Shown one piece after another: positions 44,201-56,125 of a stretch of DNA of 64,000 nt (position 1 is its first letter; every line of letters begins with the position of its first letter). A model generated the notes under the pieces. That model did no database searches. It had not been told where the DNA came from and worked only from the letters and a program-made list of their open reading frames with translations. The position numbers and the translations under genes are program-made. Source of the DNA: Eukaryota sp. TZLM1-RC (Eukaryota > Protista > Metamonada: BaSk clade); NCBI GenBank assembly GCA_040285825.1, contig JAUPSS010000003.1, positions 558,001 through 622,000 of the forward strand, given 5' to 3'.

Positions 44201-45386
44201 GTCCAATCAACCCAAAATGAACGCCTTGTCCTTTTCCCAACTCAAGTACTTTTTACACGAATGTCGACTCCGCTACGATAAAGGAAAGGTTCAGCCGGGT
44301 TCAGCAGTGGGTGCTCTTGCTGCCCAATCCATTGGAGAACCAGCCACTCAAATGACTTTAAAAACTTTCCATTTCGCTGGTGTAGCCTCTATGAACATCA
44401 CTCTAGGGGTTCCCAGAATCAAGGAAATCATCAATGCTGCCAACAATATCAGCACTCCTGTGGTGACTGCCAGTCTTGTAAACTCTAAATCTGAACAAGC
44501 TGCTCGTATTGTCAAGGGTAAAATTGAAAGTACTAGATTGAAGGATGTTTGCTTGTCCATTTCAGAGGTAATCAAAAGGGATGCAATGTATGTATCTGTT
44601 GTGCTAAACAAGGAAGTAATTAATCAGTTGCAGTTACCTATAACATCTCATTCGATGAGGGAGTCAATATTACGTCATCCGAAGCTCAAAATTCCAGATG
44701 ATCACGTGATTGCCACATCAGCATCAGAAGTTCGAGTTCTACCCTCTGGCAGAATGTTGAAAGGAAACAGAAAATCAAAGGGCGAGTCCAACGTCATCTT
44801 TGCTCTTCAACTTCTTATGAACATGCTTCCCGATGTCATTGTTTGTGGTTTTCCTTCTGTCAAGAGAGCAGTCATTAATGACACTGGAATGGAATATAAC
44901 CTCTTGGTAGAAGGTGATGGGTGCCTAGCTGATGTAATTTCAGTTCCTGGTATAGTAGCAAAGTCAACTACAGCAAACCATGTACCAGAGGTTGTCAAAG
45001 TACTTGGAATTGAAGCAGGAAGAACTACTATCATTAATGAAATGACTTCCTTGTTAGAGGCTCACGGTATGAAAGTAGATTTGAGACACATAATGCTCTT
45101 ATCTGATTTGATGACATTTAAAGGCAAATTGCTAGGAATCACTCGGTTTGGTCTGTCTGGAATGAAATGTTCTCCTCTCATGTTGGCATCTTTTGAGAAA
45201 ACAACCGACCATTTATTTGATGCTGCTTTTTATGGATCAAGTGACCCTGTTGCGGGGGTATCTGAGAGAATCATTTTTGGTGGACAGTTACCCATAGGAA
45301 CCGGGGTGTTTCAGCTTATGCAGGATATTTCAGATGTTCGCCCCACTGGTTTGGATAAACCTCCGCCATTGCTGTTGTACACTTGA
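41281..45386 (+). CDS. RPC1: RNA polymerase III largest subunit; 29-nt intron at 41325-41353
   Basis: [23 protein letters not shown] and QRLKGKHGRFRGNLSGKRVDF. Splicing GTATGT..CCAACTGTAG gives the N-terminus MVYDIVRSDAIPKQITKLQFG. Confidence 0.96.
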
Positions 45387-45573
45387 ATTGGGGTTTAATT
45401 GTGCCTTGATTTTGTAGTTTTTTGACGACACTTGATTAGAATTCTATTATATTTTGACTTGATTTTTTTAATTAATTATTACTCTGTTATTTATCCAAAA
45501 TTAAAATTATACACAATTCAATAAATTATTGATTTTTTAAACATGATTGTCGTTATATTTCGTCATTTTTGTG

Positions 45574-45873
45574 TCATTTCTTAACTTTCTTCCACAGATA
45601 TCCTTCGTCTACCAGATCCTGTAAGACCGAGAGGTCCCCAATAATCTCATCATCAATCGTTAGAACAGGTATGTAGTCAATGTTACCACCAAACAAATCT
45701 TTAAGATGGTCCACTTCTTCTGGAAAGAGAGTAAGGTCAATCTCACAGAAAGGTATGTATAGCGATTCAAGCAACATTCGCATTGCGGCACATTCGGAAA
45801 CTTTGCCACTGATAATAGAAAGAGATGTAGTGTAGAGTTTGATGTCTCGAAACTCCGTGGGTTTTGGACACAT
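45574..45873 (-). CDS. Glutaredoxin-fold protein (SH3BGR/GRX-like)
   Basis: IKLYTTSL..LLE..EIDL..IPVLTIDDEIIGD. Confidence 0.75.
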   Translation of the reverse strand: MCPKPTEFRDIKLYTTSLSIISGKVSECAAMRMLLESLYIPFCEIDLTLFPEEVDHLKDLFGGNIDYIPVLTIDDEIIGDLSVLQDLVDEGYLWKKVKK

Positions 45874-46115
45874 CGGCTAATAGCACAACAATGTCAAAAG
45901 GTAGCAACCTGCTGAGATTAATCAGATTAATTTCTCCGAGATTGAGAGAGATTTTTTTTGAATAACTTAATTTGTTTTCACAAATACAATCTAGAAATCA
46001 ATATCTTCAAAACAAGCTTCCACACCATCAATCCGTACATTTTGAAAACACTTTTATACTATAATTTTCTCTAAAAGTGTTTGATTATTATTTATTTGTC
46101 TTACTTCAAGTTCAA

Positions 46116-46509
46116 TTAGTCATCTTCTGCAAGGTTAAGACTAAATCTGTCCGATTCAAACCTAAGGTGAGCAACAATTTGATACAAACTCTCTGCCATC
46201 TACCACACACTGGGTGATGAGCCACTCAACCGGAATCATGGAAAATTTTGGGTTTGATGTTCGGATTTCTTGCTCTAATTCAGGTAGAATGTCATCTTCA
46301 AAGAACTGCAGTGCTTCACAAAGGCTTTTTGAATGCTGAACAACTGAATGAAACATATGTTGAAGTTTTCCATCTAGAATTCGTTCCAATTGTTGGATTA
46401 CCCACATTTCAGCATCAGTGATTGATGGGGCAAATGTCACTTTTGTTGTGGAACCAGAGCCATCAGAGTTGGCAATTACCAACACCACACACAAGGGAGG
46501 TGTCTCCAT
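46116..46509 (-). CDS. Hypothetical protein; 28-nt intron at 46162-46189
   Basis: Removing GTTTGT..CTCACCTTAG extends the ORF to ..FSLNLAEDD*. Confidence 0.7.
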
Positions 46510-46816
46510 TAGTAGTTAGTGGGCATCTTGCTGAATTTTCAAAACAAGATATCACTTGTCCTCCATGACTTAATTTTGTCAGTACATAATAGCTCTAGAG
46601 TAACCTCAGTGGAAATTTGAAAGTGTTTTCTCAGGATTTTCAGACAATAGAAATTAGGGTTCTGTTGTGGAGGTCTTGGTTTCATGACTTATTACAGATA
46701 GTATTCTTTTTGGAAGCAAGTAACACATCATTCTATTAATTCTGTACTTTCAGTGAGAATATAATTTTTTTCAATAACAAAAGTATAAACAAAAAGACTT
46801 TAATCTAAAATTACAA

Positions 46817-47883
46817 TTACTCATTCAAATCAAGTAAAAAATCATTAGCATTTTCATCAGTAGAGACATGGCGTTTGGTTGAAGCAGGAGACAGTACCCG
46901 TCTAGCATCTTTTGGGGGACTTATTTGTTTGAGTATAGGTCGTTTCAGGGTGGGTAATGGATTCTTTCTGGGCAATAATGGAGACACAAATTTTCCCTTA
47001 ACACCTTTTGAGAATCCTGGTTTAAAGCAGTACATTGATCTTGCTTTAGGCTGTTCTGTTTCATCTGCTGGATTTTCACTGAGATTAGACGACCATTATG
47101 TACATACGTTTGCTGATTTTGGTTATTCACAATGGTTTCCAATTCGTATAATTGTCCCTCAATTGTAGCTACCTGTGTCATCAAAGATCTTTTGGTATCC
47201 ATACGAAGTTCCAAACTTCGGGATAGCTGATCTCGTTTATCATTAAGGTAATCATTGTTCTGCAGTAGATTTGCAATCTTCTTCTTCTTTTCATCAAGTT
47301 CAATTATGAGGGCAGCAACAATTTTTGTCTTTCTTTGCTCTTCATTGTTTAAATCCTCTAGTTTTATGTGCATGTTCTTAATTTCCTCTTCCAATTTTTC
47401 TGTTTTCTCTTCAACATTGTTTGAGTATCCATTCCAGTCTAATTCGCGCACTTCCTGCTGGATAGATTTCATTACAAGTACAAATCTTTGTCTAAAATTA
47501 GGGCGGTCAAGGCATACAGAGATTCATTATCACGCTGTTTCAAATTTCGCATATCATCTGCAATTATCTTGTGGTCATTCTTATATGATTCTATTTCCTT
47601 ACATGCAATTTCTAGATCAGCTTCAAGGACGGAGTTTTTACTTTTGCACCTGTGTATTTCGCTGAAATTAGTTTGAAATGATGTGAAAATACACTTGTAA
47701 TTCTCTGCACGAATGGACCAGATCCTTGGTTGTTTGTTGAATATGCCTTGATTCTTCTACAAAGGCTTCTTTCTGAAGTCGAATTTTCTTCACTTCTTGT
47801 TGTCGTTCATCATATTGCTGCTGTAATTTCTGCAACTCAGTGAAGAGGGTGTGTAAAGATGGCCCCTCCTCATTCAGGGACAT
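46817..47883 (-). CDS. Coiled-coil protein; introns at 47662-47692, 47492-47517 and 47079-47107
   Basis: Three GT..CTAAT(N3)AG introns join the listed ORFs into one frame. Confidence 0.8.
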
Positions 47884-47978
47884 TTTAGAGGTACGGAAAT
47901 GAGGACAGTATGGGTGAATTGGGTAGCAGGGAAACTCTCTATTATTTTGGGGAAACTGAATTTTGTTTTAGATAAATC

Positions 47979-48479
47979 TTGAAACTTAATTGGAGTGCGA
48001 TGCATTGGAGTGTTGGTCATTTTGCTTCAAAGAGGACACTCTTAGTACTTGAAACTTATCCTCAATCATGGGTTGTCAGTTTCACAGATGGCAATGCTTT
48101 GTACAGAGCAGAGCTCAATAAAACAGATTCTGAACAGTTCAACACCTACATTTTGTATAGAACAGACGTCAGCGCTTTTGAAAAACTCCTACAAACTTCG
48201 TGTGATACACGTCATGAGTTTGTCTTCGATCAAGGATCTGCGGTGGCTACTTGTCATTCCGGTAAGCAGTCATTGGCTATAACACTTCATCCAGTATCTC
48301 ATGACACTCAAGGGGAAATTTCCGCGTTATTTTTCAAGGTACTTAGCAATGTCAAGGAAAGTTCCTCTCTGCCAGAAGAGCATTGTGACACGGAATTGTC
48401 AGTTACTCCAGCAATCAAGTCCAGAACCCGAAGCAAGATCAATTTGCCGGGAATTCCCCAAAAGAGGCGGAGGAAGTGA
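47979..48479 (+). CDS. Possible XRCC4/XLF/PAXX-superfamily protein
   Basis: VSFTDGNALYRAEL head-domain-like pattern; C-terminal SKINLPG..KRRRK. Confidence 0.4.
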   Translation: MKLNWSAMHWSVGHFASKRTLLVLETYPQSWVVSFTDGNALYRAELNKTDSEQFNTYILYRTDVSAFEKLLQTSCDTRHEFVFDQGSAVATCHSGKQSLAITLHPVSHDTQGEISALFFKVLSNVKESSSLPEEHCDTELSVTPAIKSRTRSKINLPGIPQKRRRK

Positions 48480-48976
48480 TCCTTACATCTTAAAAACAAC
48501 TTTTTGTTTAAACTTTCTGTTGAATCGTTTTTGCTGTGTGCACATTTTTTTCTTGTTTTTGCCCTTGAACCATTAATTCTTCGAATTTCAACATTTTTCG
48601 TGCTTTTTCTATGTTGGACACTAAACTTTACAACTCTTGAATTGATTAAAATTATTATATTCTCTACCTATCAACAGGTTTTTTGTGTCTTTTTTGTGGA
48701 AAGATTTGAGAGGTTTATGTAAACGTTTTTTCATTAATTAGTTTTTTACTACACCTCACAGGAGAAGTTCACCAATATAGGCATAATGTATCATTTCCTA
48801 ATTTGTCCCAATAGCAATGTGTTTTTTACTGTTGATAAAACAAGTTTGTTTCACTTTTATGGTCCTAAATATATCAAAATTTCAGACATGCCTTCAGACA
48901 GGAAAGTTCTTTTGTGGGAAAAAAAAGTTTGCCCCATTTTCATACTTTTTCAGAGGATTCTACAACGTCTTCAAGA

Positions 48977-50329
48977 ATGGCATCCAATCAACGTAACATC
49001 TGGGTAGGCGACCTTGCCCCTGAAAGTGATGACAATACTCTTCGTGCAATGTTTGACCATGTTGGTGACATTGAATCTATTAGAGTTATGCGTACACCTG
49101 ACTCAAACCTTTGTAGAGGCTATGGCTTTGTAACTTTTCGAACTCCAGAATCTGCCCTTCGTGCTGTTGAGCTTAACAATCAACCTATTCCTGGCACAAA
49201 TAGATATTATAAAATCAATTGGGGAAGTGGTGGCGGTGGCGGTTTCTCATCTGGTCCTCCTCCCGCAGTGGATGTCTCAATTTATGTTGGTGAATTGGAT
49301 CCTTCAGTCAATGATGAAGCTCTCTTTAATCTATTTAAACCTCAGTTCACCTCTGTACGTTCCGCTAAGGTTTTGACAGATCACTTTGGTAATAGTAAAG
49401 GTTTTGGCTTTGTCCGTTTTGCTGATGCTAATGAAGCTTCACAAGCCATTGTGAAAATGAATGGATTTATATTCTTTAACAGAAAAATTAAGGTCTCTAC
49501 ATCTTCTGGGAAGGGCAGCTTTGTAAACCCTAATCAAAGACATCCACACAGTTTTCATCAACCACAACCACCCCTGCACCAGGGAGGACCAGGAAGGACT
49601 TTCTCACATCATCAGCAGTACCGTGGTCCACCAAGAGGTGGAGAATTTCAAGCACCAGCACGGAAACGAGCAAACAGAGAACTACCATTGGAGGAGTCCA
49701 TAGCTGTTGCCATTTCAGTGGCTAGTGATCCTAAGGAAATTAACAATTCTACCGTCTTTGTTGGAAACTTACCTGGTAGAGTTTCTGAGGAAATTCTGTA
49801 TTCATCTTTTGGACAATATGGCCGAGTCGAGTCTGTCAAAGTTCTAGGGCAAAAGAACATAGCATTTGTATTGTTTTCTAATCATACTGAAGCAGCTAGC
49901 GCAATCACTGGCCTTCACAATCAGACGATATGTGGTAATCAGATCAGATTAGGTTGGGGTAAGGGGAATTTTGGTGCGGGCCAGAGGTCAGCACTTCACG
50001 AAAGTAGGTTTGGATCCCAACAGCCTGCTTCATTACCACAGGAAGTACCTCGTCAACATCCCAATAGTCACTCTTTCCATTCTCCATCGCCGCAAAATTT
50101 TCAACGTGGTAGACATCCTTATCAAGCATCGCCTCAACAACAACAACTACCCCCACAGACCTCGATTGCTCAATTGCCTCGATCTGAACCAGTTCCAGCC
50201 CATGTAGCCTTAACTCCACAGGTGTCGGAACCTGTACGAGTGTCTGAGCACCATATGGATCTTTGGGCGAAAGCAGTGCTGGACACAAGCGACCTTGAAC
50301 GTGTACAAATGTTCCAGTGTTTGACTTGA
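48977..50329 (+). CDS. Three-RRM protein, NAM8/RBP45/TRNAU1AP family
   Basis: IWVGDL..RGYGFV..KINWG; IYVGEL..KGFGFVRF; NSTVFVGNL..IRLGWGK. Confidence 0.88.
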   Translation: MASNQRNIWVGDLAPESDDNTLRAMFDHVGDIESIRVMRTPDSNLCRGYGFVTFRTPESALRAVELNNQPIPGTNRYYKINWGSGGGGGFSSGPPPAVDVSIYVGELDPSVNDEALFNLFKPQFTSVRSAKVLTDHFGNSKGFGFVRFADANEASQAIVKMNGFIFFNRKIKVSTSSGKGSFVNPNQRHPHSFHQPQPPLHQGGPGRTFSHHQQYRGPPRGGEFQAPARKRANRELPLEESIAVAISVASDPKEINNSTVFVGNLPGRVSEEILYSSFGQYGRVESVKVLGQKNIAFVLFSNHTEAASAITGLHNQTICGNQIRLGWGKGNFGAGQRSALHESRFGSQQPASLPQEVPRQHPNSHSFHSPSPQNFQRGRHPYQASPQQQQLPPQTSIAQLPRSEPVPAHVALTPQVSEPVRVSEHHMDLWAKAVLDTSDLERVQMFQCLT

Positions 50330-50588
50330 TTTTTTTGTTTGGTTTAGTTTTGGTTTTATTAGAATTGTACTTTACTTCAGTTATACCATAGCCTCAGTCA
50401 AATTAGTGGTCAATTATGCTCTTTTTACCTAACATACCGTTTTTGTTGCAAACAAAATTTTGGATAAATAGCATTTCGTTGTTTTGTGAATCTTCTCCTC
50501 TTACATCGTTATCCTACTAGCTGATGTCACAGTCTTTGACCAGTGTTGGCGCTATAGGCTTATACAATATGAATAGCATAAACAAACA

Positions 50589-51000
50589 TTGATGGACGTT
50601 TTGTTGCCTCAACAGAGATTAAAAACGGTCAATACACAAGCCCAAGTTCATAGATTCAAACCACCTGAGCAATTTGACTTTTGGTTCCATATTATGGATT
50701 TAAAGCAACCAATGTTCTTTCAAAAGATTGATAAATTCAACAATATTATTTACACAGAAAGATGTAAAATTGCAGTAGAATTTGTTGGTCAGGATTTACA
50801 AGGTCAGAAATGTAAGCCAGACAACAAGGCCAGTATTTCTGATTTATATATTGATGTTGTTGAAGTCAATACTTTTTAAGATAAACAAATTGTTGTTTGT
50901 AATCCTAGAAAACGTAATTTCTTGTATTTTGGGAGAAAAAAAGGCAAGTTTTAATGCCAAGTTTTGAACAAACAATCCTCACCGCAGCTATTGGATGAAC
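50589..51000 (+). mobile_element. Fanzor remnant (WED to RuvC-I), paralog of 12060-12570
   Basis: PEQFDFW, FNNIIYTE, LYIDVV, KQIVVCNPRKRNFLYF. Confidence 0.65.
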
Positions 51001-51101
51001 GACAAAAAAATGAAACAAATAAAACTAATTAATTAATTGTAACTGATTAATTAATTGAATAGTACACAAATAGGTAAACATTGAGTTGACAAAATCCAGT
51101 A

Positions 51102-51836
51102 CTACATATTCAAGTCAATCATACCTTCACTATCAGAATCCCCTTCAAAGAAACTCTGAGAAAACCGTGCCATTTCAGAAGGACTTGTGATTGGAATCAT
51201 TGGTTCAAGGATATTGAACTCTTGAAGCTTTTCAAGATAGATACTCTTGCTAAACTGAAAGGGGGCTTGAGTTCTTTGTTCACTAGGATCATATCGGGCG
51301 TCATTCTGAAGATTCTGAGGCAAGGACACCATTTTGGTACCACATGGGCTATCGTGAAGAATAATCTCACCCTGAAGCGTCAACTGGGAACATGCGTATA
51401 GGCACTTGATAGTCCACTGAATAGCATCATCAAAAGAAACAACATCAGTAATGGGATGGAAGAAAAATAAAAAGAAAGGGACAGTACCTCCTAAAGAAGC
51501 CAACTTTGCCAAAACAAAGTTATGGAGAGCGTCCACATCTGACAACTCAGTTTGTGCAACATTCTGTGGACTTATTGCAGACACATTGACTCGTTCCCGG
51601 CGTCGGTTGATTCGTCGTTGAGGGGCTGGTGCCAGTTCAGAATGTAGATTCAAGTGTGTTATGTCCAGAGGTCCTTCCAAAAACCTCAAGGAATGCTTAA
51701 TCTCATCATTATAAAAACCTGCAAAAATAGCAGCAACGGAGGGTACACTTGAAACAATATGTCGGGAACTTTCATCTAGCAGCTGGCCCATGGTATCAAG
51801 TTTCTCGAAAGATTCGAGCACGTCTGCAAGCTGCAT
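51102..51836 (-). CDS. NSE4/EID-like kleisin (SMC5/6)
   Basis: FLEGPLDI..RRR, VPFFLFFFHP..SF, C-terminal LQEFNILEPMIP. Confidence 0.55.
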   Translation of the reverse strand: MQLADVLESFEKLDTMGQLLDESSRHIVSSVPSVAAIFAGFYNDEIKHSLRFLEGPLDITHLNLHSELAPAPQRRINRRRERVNVSAISPQNVAQTELSDVDALHNFVLAKLASLGGTVPFFLFFFHPITDVVSFDDAIQWTIKCLYACSQLTLQGEIILHDSPCGTKMVSLPQNLQNDARYDPSEQRTQAPFQFSKSIYLEKLQEFNILEPMIPITSPSEMARFSQSFFEGDSDSEGMIDLNM

Positions 51837-52219
51837 ATTTATTTTAAAGAATAATACGAGTATTGTAGCGATGTAGCGATGTAGTGTTAAGGGGAGTACC
51901 AAAATATACTATGAATTTCATTCCAAAAAAATGAAAGAATAACGTCAGTGTTCGGATTTACCCTTTATACATGTCAACACGTGTCCAACAAGTGTCCAGG
52001 TGTTTATCCGACAAAATCGTTGATACAACTTTATGGTGCAAAAACATAAAAATAAACCAATTGAATCAAAACTAAAAGTTTTCGTACTAACAAGGATCTA
52101 CATAGTCTTCAAGTGGTGCAATCGAGTCTTCACCATCAAGCTCTAGAACCGCAACAAGATATTCATCATCCCAAGGTAAGTCCCATAATATGATGTGATA
52201 CTGGGACTGGACTGCTAAA

Positions 52220-52550
52220 GGAAATCTTTTGAAAGATATGTGTGATAGTAGTTCTTCTACCTTAGTAACAACAGTTCCTCAAGTTTATGGAACTCTGTTA
52301 CTGGTTCTGCGTGGACTTACAACATAAGACTTCCTTCGTTTATCTGGCCTGATAATTTTCCTCATAATTTAATTTACAAATACAGTCGAAAAATTACTCA
52401 CTTGTTAAATTGTCAACATTTTATTACTTTTAGAAGCAAGGTTTATGATGCTGTAAGAGACCAATTATATTATATGTGTAAATCTCATAGAATTGAATCC
52501 TTTTTGGAACCTCTGTTGTCAAATCTGTTTGATACTGAATATGATTTTCG
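52220..52550 (+). mobile_element. Internal subfamily A fragment
   Basis: Nucleotide match to 8505-8840. Confidence 0.8.
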
Positions 52551-52614
52551 TTGCTGAGCGCAACGTTAGTCCTATTTGTAAAGCGAATTGAAGAAACAAA
52601 AGGTGTTCAGTATT

Positions 52615-54410
52615 TTTTTGAATTAAATTTAATTTATTAAAAACCTATAAATCAACATCTAAATATTCCATCTCTACCAAAACAAAAACACCAGATGCAA
52701 CTCTCTCATAGTGAGATCCAAGAAAAAGCAAAGCATCAGAATCCCTCTTCAACATCCCCTTAAAATTAGAAAACACAATTCTATTTTGCCAAAACAATCT
52801 GTTAAAGTTTCTATTGGTCCTTTCCTTCACAATCATTTCAAAATCTGCCAAAAAGCGTATAGCCGTGGGAGCAAGTGAACCAACTAGAAACAATACAAAT
52901 GGATACAAATTGTATTTTGCATGCTGTTAGGTGGACAATTTAGACAAAGGGCCATTGAATATTTTGATTTTGAAATTTTCAATATTTGGAAGAGGAGTAT
53001 GAATTTCAAAATTAGCAAGTCTTTCATTTGAGGCATTACAAACATCAACAGACATTACACCAATTCAATGAAGGTTCCATCTAATCCTGGTAATATGACA
53101 TCACCTCTATTATTCTTATGAAAATCATCTTCAGTATCAATCAGATTTGACAACAGCGGTTCCAAAAACGATTCAATTTTATAAAACTTACACATACAAT
53201 ATAATTGGTCTTTTACAGCATAGTGAACCTTGCTTCTAAAAGTGATAAAATATTTACAATTTATCAAATGAGTAGTAATTTTTTGAGAATCTTTACAAAT
53301 TGAATTATGAGGTAAATTATCAGGCCAGATAAAGGAACGAAATGTCATATGCAAAGTCCAAGCAGATTCAGTTAAGGGAGTGCCATATACTTGAGGAATT
53401 GTTATTACCAAGGCAGACGATATACTATCACACATTTCTTGTAAAAGATTTGCAAAAGCGGGATTCTTTTTCTTGGCCAAGCCAAGTCTAACATCAAAAT
53501 CCAAGCTTTCAAAAATCTTTGACAATATTTGTTGAAGCTTTCTACAGCAAAACTGCAAATTAAAAAGAGATCGGTTTGGAATTTATTTTTTTTATTCATC
53601 TTGCACACTTAATAAAATTAACTTATAACTAATGGGACAAAATTCTATGGAATTGAAATTTCCTCTACAAAATCGTGATCTACTCTCCTGCTAAAGCTTC
53701 TCTTATTCGATTGAAAAACCGAGGCAGTCTAGTAATAATGGCAGATTGAATTCGAGAGCGCCATAAAAAGATATCAAATCTTTTCATTGTTTTTTCTTGA
53801 AAGATTTTTTGGAAATCATTCACAAAAGTTGTTGCCTCTACTGATAGTTTTCCGTTTATCGAAAATGGGAAAGAAATAAAAACAAGTGATCTATTTCTAT
53901 CAGCATTAGCTTCTTCGATATCTTTGTCATATTTTCAATGCTTTTTTTTAGCTTTGGATTCAAGAGCACTTACAGGATTCAGAATTTCTTCTAATTTCTT
54001 GAATTGATTGGGCAAAACATTTGCTCCAAATTTGTGGTGCCAATCTTTCGAGTTCACAAAATAATTCATTCAAATATGGACTGCTACTGGTAACTAACAA
54101 ATGAGAATTTTCAGGAAATCTACGAGATAATTTATAAAAAAAATTCTTCCTCTACCGAAAATGCTGATTGACACAAAATAGAAGATTTAGTAAATCCAAT
54201 ACCACCCAAATTTGCTGCCGAAAATTTGTGATTTTTCAACAATTTTGGTTCTACGTCCAATAAATCAGCAAAAAATTCTGTTCTCAATGAATTAAAGGAA
54301 CAACAAAAATCTAATGCTATGGAAGGAGCACAAGATCTCAAAATGTGGGTTATTCTCCCAGTATAGCAAGTTTTAAGCATAAAAACTTAATATGTTTTTC
54401 TAAATCTAAG
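52615..54410 (-). mobile_element. Subfamily A retrotransposon interrupted at 53585-53992
   Basis: THILRSC..GGIGF, then QSIQEI|PNRSLFNLQF, knuckle and RLE, ending EYLDVDL. Confidence 0.85.
53585..53992 (-). mobile_element. Subfamily C fragment nested in subfamily A (AATTT duplication)
   Basis: Homologous to 1963-2380; AATTT at 53580-53584 and 53993-53997. Confidence 0.8.
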
Positions 54411-54761
54411 GAAAAAATTGAAAAGGGTTATTCTTAAATTTCAATTAAATCTTTACTGATTTTACCTCTTAGTGGTTTCATTTTTGAATTATGGTGCTTG
54501 AATTAGTTGCAAAAGTTCTCCACCAATATTCACCAAAATTTGTTTAGAAATCTTAGTAAAAAGTCAAATTTTTAAAATGTATTAAATTTTGGTATAAAAT
54601 AAAGTATCATTTATTGTACAAAATAAACAACTCAAAATGAAAAATAAAATGACTGAAACTTAAAAATAAATTCTGTTATTGATTTAATTTTAAACAATTT
54701 TCTGACAATTTTTTAGCCAAACATTGAGAAAAAAACAATACTATACTAAAAACATAAACCC

Positions 54762-55817
54762 TTAAACAAAAAATTCCTTTTGTCTCTCCAATTCTTTTGC
54801 ACAATATTGGGCAACTTCTAGTTCATCAAAATAAATCTTAGTCAACTCAGATTCTTCCTGCTCTTTCTCTTCACCGTTATCAATACTTTGAATAAAAGTT
54901 GCCTTAAACTCATTGAAATTTGACACAGAATAAATGACCCAATCAATCAGTTTTTGATTGGTTATACCAAAAGGGGAAAGTTCCTTTGATACAAATGAGG
55001 GTCGAGTTTTCGACTGTGGAACGTGTCCAATCAAATCAAGACTATCAGAGCCGGCAAAAACAGAAACTGCTGAATTATCATCAACCAATAGGCTTTGAAA
55101 CCTAACTTCTCTACCAAAGCAGATGCTCTTGAAAATTTTGACAACTCTCGTCACCTGGGCTTCTCTTGCTCCTTCTACATCTGTGAAGAAGAGGGAACAG
55201 CCATGTGTGTGTGCCACATAACGAAGACTTCGAACAAAACTTCTTCGTGAGAGCCCGGTTATGTTGTCAAAGGAAAAGAAGTGAGTCGCAATAAGGAAAA
55301 TAGGAATCCCACAGTAGAAGGTAGAGTCAATATTGGAAGGAGACTCAGTGTACCAGCTGTTTATTAAGGGTTGGCACTTGCTGTGTTGCATTAGTGATGA
55401 AACATGATGTTTAATGACATGTAGCATACGAACTAGATGAAGTAGAGAATGAGGAACTTCAGCTAATGAGATTGTCAGGGCAATGTGGACTGACGGTAGG
55501 TTGTCAGTAGTAATAACGATAGCAAGATACTTGAGAAGAGTTGTCAGAGAAGAGGGTGATGTAAGGTCCAGAGCGATCTCATAGAGGTGGTTGACACGAG
55601 TGGAAGAAACATTTGTTGATGTAGTAACTTGATAATCTATACCAATAGTAGGTTTCAGTTCTCGAATAGATGAAGAGGACGAAGATAGAAGCTTCCGAAG
55701 GGTTGACTTTCCAGAACGACTGGGACCCAGAAAAACAAAAGTGGTTTCCTCAGTGGCGTGACTGGTGTCTTTGGAGGGAGTATATTTGAGGAAATCAAGG
55801 ATATGTGATGTGGACAT
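54762..55817 (-). CDS. DYNC2LI1: Cytoplasmic dynein-2 light intermediate chain
   Basis: GPSRSGKST, KPTIGIDY, LRYVAHTHGCSLFF, VFAGSDSLDLIG. Confidence 0.8.
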   Translation of the reverse strand: MSTSHILDFLKYTPSKDTSHATEETTFVFLGPSRSGKSTLRKLLSSSSSSIRELKPTIGIDYQVTTSTNVSSTRVNHLYEIALDLTSPSSLTTLLKYLAIVITTDNLPSVHIALTISLAEVPHSLLHLVRMLHVIKHHVSSLMQHSKCQPLINSWYTESPSNIDSTFYCGIPIFLIATHFFSFDNITGLSRRSFVRSLRYVAHTHGCSLFFTDVEGAREAQVTRVVKIFKSICFGREVRFQSLLVDDNSAVSVFAGSDSLDLIGHVPQSKTRPSFVSKELSPFGITNQKLIDWVIYSVSNFNEFKATFIQSIDNGEEKEQEESELTKIYFDELEVAQYCAKELERQKEFFV

Positions 55818-55919
55818 CAGCAAATTGCACACTAATGTCAAATGGTAGTGACCACCAGCCAAATTAAAATTACAATGGAAGTAACCAAAATATTTGTTTA
55901 TTTAGGTTGTCAATGGATT

Positions 55920-56125
55920 AATTTTATTGAACTACAACACTTAATAACATTAAATCAGAACTAATGGGACTAAATTGAATAAACCAAGATTTCCTCTACA
56001 AAATCGTGATATGCCTGTTTTATCACCTTTGCTTCTCCTCACTTGATGAATAAACAAAAATAATCTTTTAATTATAACGAATGAAATTAAAGAGTGCCAT
56101 AAAAAGATAACAAATCTGTTCTTTT
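55920..56125 (-). mobile_element. Subfamily C 3' fragment
   Basis: AAACCAAGATTTCCTCTACAAAATC and CTAATGGGAC shared with the other C copies. Confidence 0.75.

Noticed and set aside
48889-48976. Extra 5' exon for the RRM gene via GTTTGC..TTTCAG
   Set aside because: Lacks the -7 A seen in the other introns, and ATG 48977 already gives a complete RRM1.
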